This document shows, piece after piece, positions 47,247-54,666 of a stretch of 64,000 nt of DNA; position 1 is the first letter of the stretch; the number at the start of each line of letters is the position of its first letter. The translations under genes were made by a program, and so were the position numbers. A model generated the notes under the pieces. It worked only from the letters and a program-made list of their open reading frames with translations, did no database searches and was not told the origin of the DNA. This DNA comes from an uncultured Chitinophagaceae bacterium (GTDB lineage: Bacteria > Bacteroidota > Ignavibacteria > UBA10030 > UBA8401). Location: positions 677 to 64,676 of the forward strand of contig CAZRWF010000006.1 of assembly GCA_964603685.1 (NCBI GenBank). Direction: 5' to 3'.

Positions 47247-49031
47247 TCACTTTTTGGAAAAGGGTTCTTTCAGCCAATCAAGATAAATGGCGCGCTGTAC
47301 TTCGGTCGGCGTTGCGGATTTTTTTACCACAAAATTCGGTGAGGGGAAAAATTCCGCCCGAACCGGCACGGTGACCAATTTATCATTGCGGAAAACGGCG
47401 ATTACTGCTTCGTCACCCGGCGTGAGGGAGGAGATCCGTTCGGTCAGTTCCGCCGAGCGGACGCGGAATCCGTTTAACGCCAGAATTTCGTCATTGATGT
47501 CGAGTCCTGCCCGGGCGCCGGGCGATCCGGGAAGAACATTCGTGATCCGGGTCTTCTCGCCGACGTCCGCCGTCGTGATTCCGAGTCCGACCTTTTTGAC
47601 GGTATCTTTGGAGACGACGGTCAGTCCGGCATAGGCGAGTACTTTCTCCCACGGGATCGGAACGGTGGAATAAATATAGTCGGCAAAAAATTCCGCAAAA
47701 CTTCCTCCGCCGGTCTCTTCGCACACTTTTTGGAGATCGGCATTCGTAAATCCTTTTGTCCGCGGAAAACGCCGGTACATCGTCCGGAGCACGTCATCGA
47801 GCGATCGTTCGCCGTTCGTGCGGTGACGGATCTCCAGGTCGAGCATTAAACTCACATGTGAACCTTTTCCGTAATAGTCACTTTCGGCATTCTGCGCATT
47901 CTGCCGGCCGCGCCAGAATTTCACCCAGGCGTCAAAACTGGACTCGGCCAGGGGCTGTACCGTATTTCCGTACCGCGACCGCTCGTTGTTCACCATTTGT
48001 GTGATTATGTCCAAATACGATGAGGCGTCGGAGAACCCCGCACGGACGAGCATCAGATCGTCATAGTAGGAGGTCGTTCCCTCGCTCACCCAGAGTTCTT
48101 CCGTATAGTTCTCCCGCGAAAAATCGTACGGCGAGATTCCTTTCGGCCGGAGCTGTTTGACGTTCCACGTGTGAAAAAATTCATGCGAGACGAGCCCGAG
48201 GAATCCTTTATACGCTTTTGCATTGGTGAAAATGAAGGGGCGGACCCCCATGATGGTGGAATTGATGTGTTCCGTTCCGCCGCCGGCGTTGGGCTGACAG
48301 TGAATTTGGAACACGTACTTCTCGTAGGGCAAATCTCCCCATAATTCCTTATTGACGATGATGATCCTGGTGAAATCGGCGATGAGCGTGTCGATGTTCC
48401 AATTACCTTCTCCGTAGATGCTGATGATATGTTTTTTCCCGTCGACGAAAAATTCGAAGTCCTGCTGTGTGCCGATCTCGAGAGGACAGTCGCCGAAATA
48501 TTCGAAATTCGGCGCCATAAACGTGAAACGTTCTCCCGGCACTTCTTCCAATCCCGTCGTCACTTTCCAGTTGCCGAACGGTTTCACCGTCAACCGCAGC
48601 GGATTGTTTTTCAGATCGTCCACATAGAGAAACACCGTCAACGGATCGACGAAGGCATGTTCGGCATTTAATTCGCGAGTGCGAAGGTTAAATTCGTTTG
48701 CGTAGACTTTATACCGGATGATGACGGAGGAGGCCGAACCTTTTTCGATGCGCCAGGTATCCTTGTCGGTCTTTTTGAATTTCAGCGGCTGCTGTCGTTC
48801 GTTTACGGCGGAAAATTGCTGCACGCCGCCCGAAAAGTCGAGCATCATATACCGGCCGGTCCGCCATGCTGCCATGTGTACATCCACCGTTGACGCCCGA
48901 TACCGGTCGATTGTCATTTCCACCTCGAACAAGTGTGACGAAGGATCGGGCATGGATAACGTATATCGAACGGATGGTTGTGCGTTGATCATAGCGGAAA
49001 AAAGGAATAGGAAGAAGAGGCGATATGCCAT
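47247..49031 (-). CDS. M61 glycyl-aminopeptidase-family metallopeptidase with a C-terminal PDZ domain
   Basis: HEFFHTWNV HExxH motif. PDZ region GLGITTADVGEKTRITNVLPGSPGARAGLDINDEILALNG. ATG 49031 gives the signal peptide MAYRLFFLFLFSAMINAQ. Confidence 0.85.
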   Translation of the reverse strand: MAYRLFFLFLFSAMINAQPSVRYTLSMPDPSSHLFEVEMTIDRYRASTVDVHMAAWRTGRYMMLDFSGGVQQFSAVNERQQPLKFKKTDKDTWRIEKGSASSVIIRYKVYANEFNLRTRELNAEHAFVDPLTVFLYVDDLKNNPLRLTVKPFGNWKVTTGLEEVPGERFTFMAPNFEYFGDCPLEIGTQQDFEFFVDGKKHIISIYGEGNWNIDTLIADFTRIIIVNKELWGDLPYEKYVFQIHCQPNAGGGTEHINSTIMGVRPFIFTNAKAYKGFLGLVSHEFFHTWNVKQLRPKGISPYDFSRENYTEELWVSEGTTSYYDDLMLVRAGFSDASSYLDIITQMVNNERSRYGNTVQPLAESSFDAWVKFWRGRQNAQNAESDYYGKGSHVSLMLDLEIRHRTNGERSLDDVLRTMYRRFPRTKGFTNADLQKVCEETGGGSFAEFFADYIYSTVPIPWEKVLAYAGLTVVSKDTVKKVGLGITTADVGEKTRITNVLPGSPGARAGLDINDEILALNGFRVRSAELTERISSLTPGDEAVIAVFRNDKLVTVPVRAEFFPSPNFVVKKSATPTEVQRAIYLDWLKEPFSKK

Positions 49032-49223
49032 GGCCGGTACATAATAGTGAAACAATCATGAGTGTCCTTTAATCTACTGAAAGTGATTCCGCATCGCAAG
49101 AAAAAATCGGATCACCTCGCGCGATCATTGACGATGATCGAATGATAGAATATCGGACGAAACGAAGAGAAGGCGGAAGGACCGTTGTGATCCTGCCTGC
49201 TTCTGTCGGGGCCGAAAAAATAG

Positions 49224-49254
49224 TTGACAAACGAATTCGCCTTCTCTATATTTG
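49224..49254 (+). promoter_or_regulatory. Strong promoter candidate upstream of porU
   Basis: TTGACA (49224-49229), 17-nt spacer, TATATT (49247-49252). The -10 region reads TATATTTG (49247-49254), which also fits the Bacteroidota TAnnTTTG element. Confidence 0.6.
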
Positions 49255-49258
49255 TAGG

Positions 49259-49416
49259 AGTATTGTATTCCCATTGAAGGAGCTTCCCGTATAGGTTTTT
49301 GTTAAAGGTTTTGCGTCACAGTTTTTCACACTGACACCTTTAACGTTTATACCGGCTGCTCACCAATCGCACCGAACGTAAGGTGATCCTGAACCTGCCG
49401 TTCGGTTTTTTTATTT
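49259..49416 (+). ncRNA. Candidate ~155-nt structured RNA (small RNA or cis-acting 5' leader of porU), family not recognised
   Basis: It is bounded by the promoter above and an intrinsic terminator. It contains a 9-bp hairpin, GTTAAAGGT (49301-49309) / ACCTTTAAC (49336-49344), with an inner GTCA/TGAC helix. There is no ATG-initiated ORF inside. Confidence 0.35.
49371..49416 (+). terminator. Intrinsic terminator/attenuator abutting the porU start codon
   Basis: ACCGAACG (49371-49378) pairs with CGTTCGGT (49399-49406). An inner AGGT/ACCT helix is present. The tract TTTTTTTATTT runs directly into ATG 49417. Confidence 0.6.
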
Positions 49417-52400
49417 ATGGCCAAACACGTGATCATAGCGTTGTTCGCGATCGTTTCGACGGTGCTGTCGCAATGGAATGACATGTCCGGCGATATGAAA
49501 ATCCTCGCTTCCGATGCCGGAGGATTGACGGTAGAATTCCGTCCGCGATATTCCGCATTTCGCACGATCGCAGAGGGGGAAACCCGGTTCAAACTTCCGC
49601 AATTTGACCATGGTGTCTCATCGTTGAATCATCGGCCCGGGGCGGAAGAGGTGAAGGTCCGCGTGGTCCCCGTTGCCCTTCCGGCATATTCGGGACATCG
49701 TGTTTCGGTTTTGGCGGCGGATCACGAAACGATCGGATCGTTCGATCTCGCGCCGGTTCCGGAAATAACGATCGTCGATGCTCTCGGAGCGTCGCGTGCC
49801 TCCTATCGGCCGGCATTCGACATGCGCGGCATCTTTGTGCCGGAACAGATGGCCACGGTGAAAGAGGTGGCGAACATCCGGGGACGGCTGATCGGTAAAT
49901 TGGTGATTGCTCCTTATCAATATAACGCCGCCGCACGGACGCTTCGGCGGTACACCCGGCTAGTTATAAGGATCGATTTCGGCGTGCCGTCGGCGCCTCA
50001 GCGGTCAGCAGAGGAGGACGAGTTGCTCCGTTCCACCGTGATCAATTACTCTCAATCGCAGGCGTGGACGGCACGAACCACATTCCGGAAAACAGCCGCC
50101 GTTCCTTCCGTCCGGGCTGCCGGATCGTGGGCAAAATTGGAAGTGAACGAGCCGGCAATCTATAAGATAGATGCGAACTATCTGCGGGCACTGGGTTTCG
50201 ATCCCTCCGCACTGCAGTTGACCGACGTTAAAGTGTTCGGTGCGGACGGCCGTAAAATTCCCGAAGATATTTCCTCCGGTCGTCCGGCCGATCTTCCGCA
50301 GATCGCCGTCGATTATGTCAACACGAATCCCGATCCGGCGTTTAATGACGGTGATTACATTCTTTTTTACGGACAAGGAGTCACCGGTTGGAATTATGAT
50401 CCGGTGCAAAAACAATTTTCGCACTATTCAAATCCGTATACCTTCAGCAATTATTATTTTCTCGGCATCGGTACAACCGCTCCGGTACAACAAGCAGCGG
50501 TCGTTTCCGTTTCCGGCACGACCGGCGGACGGGTGACGGTGGTTCCGGGAAAGGCCTTCTTCGAAGAGGACAAATACAACTTTCTCCAATCCGGTCAAGA
50601 ATGGGCGAGTGCGCCGATCAATCCCAACGAGTCGCGCGTGGTCAGCACCAAGTTGCCGGGATATCAACCGGGCTCAACCGTCACATACCGGTACGCGGTC
50701 TATTCCCGCTCCAACGGGACAACGGAATTTTCCGTGGAGGAATCGGGAACGGTACTCGGAAATCCTTTGATCGGACCGGTCGACCTCGACAGTTATTGGT
50801 CGCCGTACGCCGCACGGTACGAAACGATTGTTTCTGCTGCGCTTCCGCTTGCCGACCAACGAAGCAATGTGAAGTTTACGTATAAGACGAACAATACGAT
50901 CGCCACCGGTTATCTCGACTATCTCCGGATCTTTTATCCGCAGCAGTTAACCGCATCGAACGATCTTTTGTTTTTCTCCTCACCGGACACGAACGGAACT
51001 GTCGAGTTCGGTTTGACGGGATATTCCTCCAACGATCTGCGTGTCTATGAGGTTTCGCGCGTCGGCTCGTTGCGGCGGATCGTGCACAGCGTCGATCAAC
51101 AAATGGGTTCGTTCTCCGTGAAGGACACGCTCCGCAGCGGCACGATCCACACGTATTGGGCCGGCACGCCGTCCGCTTACCGGACACCGGTGTCCGGCGT
51201 GCGGATCGGCAATTCCGATCTGCATTCGTTCGCCGGTGCGGAATTCCTCATCATCACGCATAACGATTTTCGTACGGAGGCGGATCGCCTGAAGAGGCAC
51301 AAAGAATCGCTCCCGGGTTCAAAGCGTCTGTCAACAGCCGTTTTTGACGTCGACACCATCTATAATGAATTCGGGATCGGCATGCCGGATCCGTCGGCCG
51401 TTCGGGATTTCCTGAAACACGCCTACGATCACTGGACCGTCCGGCCGAAATACGTTCTTTTCTTCGGCGACGCCAGTTATGATTTCCGGTCGATTCAAAA
51501 AAACGATCGTTCATGGGTGCCGACGTTCGAAACGTCGGAATCGAACGACAAGCTGGAAACATACGCCAACGAGGATTATTTTTCGTATGTGGACAGCAAT
51601 GCGCCGTTCAGTGTGGTGATCGCACACGGCCGCCTCACCCCGCGTTCGGCGGACGAAGCGCGACTGCTCGTCGACAAGATTATCAACTATGAATCGGCTC
51701 CGATGAAAGACCTGTGGAAGAACCTGCTGACGATCGTTGCCGACGATCTGTGGTCGAGCGATCAACCGAATGAATATTTCAATTTTAATCACGCGGAATC
51801 CATGGCCGCCATTCCGTCGATGGCCAATTTTTCCATCCGGAAAATTTACATGGAGGAGTATCCGATTACGTTCTCTTCCTCCGGACGGCGGCGTCCTGAT
51901 GTGCGTCAGGCGATCATCGATCAGATCAATGCCGGTACGGTGCTGATCAACTATGCCGGTCACGGGAACCCCAAAGTATGGGCCCACGAAAACGTCTTTA
52001 CGATTGACGACGTGCGGAACCAATTGTCCAACGGAAATAAACTGACCTTTATTGTCGCCGCTACCTGCGATTGGGGACGGTTCGAAGTGGCGGGGGAACA
52101 AAGTTCCGCCGAAGAGGCGCTCATCAACCGGCGCGGCGGGGCCATCGGCGTCTTAAGCGCGACCCGGGTTGTGTTTGCACAGGACAATCAGGAATTGAAC
52201 AGTTATTTCCTCTCCAATCTCTTTGTTGGTGCGAAAACGATGCGGTTGGGGGATGCCACTCTGGCGGCGAAAAATCTATCCAATGACTTCGACAACAAAA
52301 GAAAATATTTTCTTCTCGGCGATCCGACGCTCCGGCTCGCGGCTCCCGAAGGGAGCATCGTCGTCGACACCATCCTGAGGGCCGACGGTACGGCAGCCGA

Positions 52401-53409
52401 TACGCTCCGGGCGCTCGACAAGATCATCGTCAAAGCTTCGGTGCGCGATTCCGTCAACGCTCACATGAACGGATTTTCCGGTTCGGCGCTGCTCACCGTG
52501 TTCGATTCGGACCGGATCAAAAATATTCCGACCATGGGAACGGCGGGAAATTACCGTGATGACGGTGCGCTGATCTACAAAGGGGATCTTTCGGTCACCA
52601 ACGGCCGTTTGACCGCCACCTTTATCGTTCCGAAGGATATCTCCTACACGAATCTCGCCGGCAGAATCATCATCTATTTCTTCAATAATGAATCGGACGG
52701 TCGAGGGTATACGAAAAATTTCATCGTCGGCGGGACCAATCCTTCCGTTGTGAAAGATTCCGTCGGACCGGAACTGTCGATCTTTTTTAATGACACGAAG
52801 TTTCGTCCCGGCGATCTGGTGAACGACAATCCGAAACTGATCGTCGTCCTGCGCGACAGCAGCGGCATCAATTCCTCCACCAACAGCATCGGCCACCGGC
52901 TGGAAGCGTGGCTGGATGGCAGCGCCAAAAGCGTCGACCTGACCGAATTTTACCGCGGGAAGACCGACAGTTACCAGGAAGGAACAGCGGAATATCAGTT
53001 GTCGCAATTGTCCCCGGGAAGTCATTCCGTGAAAGTCCGCGCCTGGGATGTACACAATAATTCTTCGGCGGCGGAAACCTATTTTTCGGTCGCGGCCGGA
53101 TCATCGTTGTCGATTCATAACGTGTTCAACTTCCCGAATCCGGTGTCGACCACGACGAGTTTTACGTTTCAGCACAATCAATCTTCCGCGATCGACGTGA
53201 CGATCCATATTTATACCGTTACCGGACGGCTGATCCACACACTGCGGCGTCCCGTCGTCACCGACCGGTTCGTGAAAATTGACTGGGACAGGCGGGACGG
53301 CGACGGCGATGAGGTAGGCAACGGCATTTACTTCTATAAAGTAATCGCCACGACGGCGGACGGTGCGTTGACGAGCGAAGCGCTCGGCAAAATGGCCGTG
53401 GTCCGCTGA
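49417..53409 (+). CDS. porU: Type IX secretion system sortase PorU (C25 peptidase family)
   Basis: 1,330 aa with a signal peptide. Motifs NYAGHGNP (His codon 51961-51963) and VAATCDWG (Cys codon 52066-52068). CTD NFPNPVSTTTSFTF...WDRRDGDGDEVGNGIYFYKVIA (about 53113-53406). porV is adjacent. Confidence 0.85.
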   Translation: MAKHVIIALFAIVSTVLSQWNDMSGDMKILASDAGGLTVEFRPRYSAFRTIAEGETRFKLPQFDHGVSSLNHRPGAEEVKVRVVPVALPAYSGHRVSVLAADHETIGSFDLAPVPEITIVDALGASRASYRPAFDMRGIFVPEQMATVKEVANIRGRLIGKLVIAPYQYNAAARTLRRYTRLVIRIDFGVPSAPQRSAEEDELLRSTVINYSQSQAWTARTTFRKTAAVPSVRAAGSWAKLEVNEPAIYKIDANYLRALGFDPSALQLTDVKVFGADGRKIPEDISSGRPADLPQIAVDYVNTNPDPAFNDGDYILFYGQGVTGWNYDPVQKQFSHYSNPYTFSNYYFLGIGTTAPVQQAAVVSVSGTTGGRVTVVPGKAFFEEDKYNFLQSGQEWASAPINPNESRVVSTKLPGYQPGSTVTYRYAVYSRSNGTTEFSVEESGTVLGNPLIGPVDLDSYWSPYAARYETIVSAALPLADQRSNVKFTYKTNNTIATGYLDYLRIFYPQQLTASNDLLFFSSPDTNGTVEFGLTGYSSNDLRVYEVSRVGSLRRIVHSVDQQMGSFSVKDTLRSGTIHTYWAGTPSAYRTPVSGVRIGNSDLHSFAGAEFLIITHNDFRTEADRLKRHKESLPGSKRLSTAVFDVDTIYNEFGIGMPDPSAVRDFLKHAYDHWTVRPKYVLFFGDASYDFRSIQKNDRSWVPTFETSESNDKLETYANEDYFSYVDSNAPFSVVIAHGRLTPRSADEARLLVDKIINYESAPMKDLWKNLLTIVADDLWSSDQPNEYFNFNHAESMAAIPSMANFSIRKIYMEEYPITFSSSGRRRPDVRQAIIDQINAGTVLINYAGHGNPKVWAHENVFTIDDVRNQLSNGNKLTFIVAATCDWGRFEVAGEQSSAEEALINRRGGAIGVLSATRVVFAQDNQELNSYFLSNLFVGAKTMRLGDATLAAKNLSNDFDNKRKYFLLGDPTLRLAAPEGSIVVDTILRADGTAADTLRALDKIIVKASVRDSVNAHMNGFSGSALLTVFDSDRIKNIPTMGTAGNYRDDGALIYKGDLSVTNGRLTATFIVPKDISYTNLAGRIIIYFFNNESDGRGYTKNFIVGGTNPSVVKDSVGPELSIFFNDTKFRPGDLVNDNPKLIVVLRDSSGINSSTNSIGHRLEAWLDGSAKSVDLTEFYRGKTDSYQEGTAEYQLSQLSPGSHSVKVRAWDVHNNSSAAETYFSVAAGSSLSIHNVFNFPNPVSTTTSFTFQHNQSSAIDVTIHIYTVTGRLIHTLRRPVVTDRFVKIDWDRRDGDGDEVGNGIYFYKVIATTADGALTSEALGKMAVVR

Positions 53410-53484
53410 TGTGCGCTGAAACAACAGTGGTAAGAAAGATCTTTATTAATTATATTCAATAAATAATCATTGAGGAGTTTCACG

Positions 53485-54597
53485 ATGAAAAAGTTGTTGA
53501 GCGCGGTGGGTTGTGCGGTGTTGGTGTTGGGATGGACGCAGGAACTGTCGGCACAGGCCGGATCGACGGCCGTTCCGTTTTTAATGATTTCGCCCAATTC
53601 CCGCGCCAGCGGCATGGGTGAAGCCGGCACCGGCATTGCGGACGATGCGGCTTCCATTCATTGGAATCCCGCCGGATTGGCGTTCCAAAAAGGGGGAGAG
53701 GTCAGCATCACCCATTCCAACTGGTTGCCGCAATTCAACCTGTCCGATCTCTTTTACGACTATTTCAACATCAAACAGGAAGCTCCGGAATACGGCGGCA
53801 CGTTTGGCGCCAGCATCACGTATTTAAATCTCGGCGAATTCATCGTGACGACGGAAAAAGGCCCGGAAGCGGTCGACAAGTTTAAAGGATTCGAATTCGC
53901 TGTTACGCTCGGCTACGGTGCACAAGTGACCGAAGATTTCGGTCTCGGCATCAACTTGCGGTACATTAACAGCAGTCTCTCGCCGATCGGTACGGCACAG
54001 GAAAAAGGGTCCGGTATCGCGCACGATTTCAGTTTTGATTTCGGTTTCCTCTACAAGCCGAAAACCTTCGTGATCCCGTTCGCGGATGAGGATATTGGCG
54101 AACATTTCAGCGTGGGAATGAACGTGACCAACCTCGGTCCGAAAGTGACTTATATCGACGCCGCGCAAGCCGATCCGCTGCCGACACAACTGCGGCTGGG
54201 ATTCGGAATCATTCCGATGAAGGATGATTTTAACAGCCTGACGATCGCGCTGGACTTTGCCAAACTGCTCGTCTACCGCGAACCGAACGGTGCGTCCCAC
54301 GAATTGCCGAAGTCGATCATCACCTCGTTCACCGGCAACACGTTCGACGAGAACCTGAAATTCATCAACACATCGGTCGGCCTCGAATATTGGTACGACA
54401 AAAAGGTGGCGCTGCGGATGGGATATTTCTTTGAAGATCCGATGAACGGCAACAGAAATTTTATGACGTTCGGCGCCGGACTCCGGTACGATATCTATGG
54501 ATTTGATTTCAGCTATATTTCATCCAAAGAAGAAAATCACCCCTTGTCCGAGACCCTTCGCTTTACGCTGCTGATCATGTGGAACGAAATGCTCTGA
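53485..54597 (+). CDS. porV: Type IX secretion system outer-membrane shuttle protein PorV (LptO)
   Basis: GAGGAG lies 8 nt before ATG 53485. Signal peptide, then VPFLMISPNSRASGMGEAGTGIADDAASIHWNPAGLAF. FadL-like barrel length (370 aa). Confidence 0.85.
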   Translation: MKKLLSAVGCAVLVLGWTQELSAQAGSTAVPFLMISPNSRASGMGEAGTGIADDAASIHWNPAGLAFQKGGEVSITHSNWLPQFNLSDLFYDYFNIKQEAPEYGGTFGASITYLNLGEFIVTTEKGPEAVDKFKGFEFAVTLGYGAQVTEDFGLGINLRYINSSLSPIGTAQEKGSGIAHDFSFDFGFLYKPKTFVIPFADEDIGEHFSVGMNVTNLGPKVTYIDAAQADPLPTQLRLGFGIIPMKDDFNSLTIALDFAKLLVYREPNGASHELPKSIITSFTGNTFDENLKFINTSVGLEYWYDKKVALRMGYFFEDPMNGNRNFMTFGAGLRYDIYGFDFSYISSKEENHPLSETLRFTLLIMWNEML

Positions 54598-54611
54598 TCG
54601 TTCCCGACCGA

Positions 54612-54651
54612 CGCCGCACCGTTCACGCGGGTGCGGCGGCCGGCCCTTTTT
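54612..54651 (+). terminator. GC-rich hairpin after porV (possible partial terminator)
   Basis: CGCCGCACC (54612-54620) / GGTGCGGCG (54630-54638). The T5 run starts 8 nt later, after a GGCCGGCC palindrome. Confidence 0.4.
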
Positions 54652-54666
54652 CACCGTCCTGATCGT

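Noticed and set aside
39117-49031. The ~10-kb minus-strand array (M61, glgA, gmhB, DUF4270-like, barrel, rpiB, glyA, tatC, polyprenyl synthase), read as a functional 'system'.
   Set aside because: The tight packing and the 4-nt overlaps are real. The functions, however, are unrelated housekeeping activities. This looks like ordinary operon compaction rather than a dedicated pathway.
49071-49099. A minus-strand promoter for the M61 peptidase gene: TTGCGA (49099-49094), 17 nt, TAGATT (49076-49071).
   Set aside because: Each hexamer matches consensus at only 4 of 6 positions and there is no supporting evidence. It is plausible but too weak to list as a feature.
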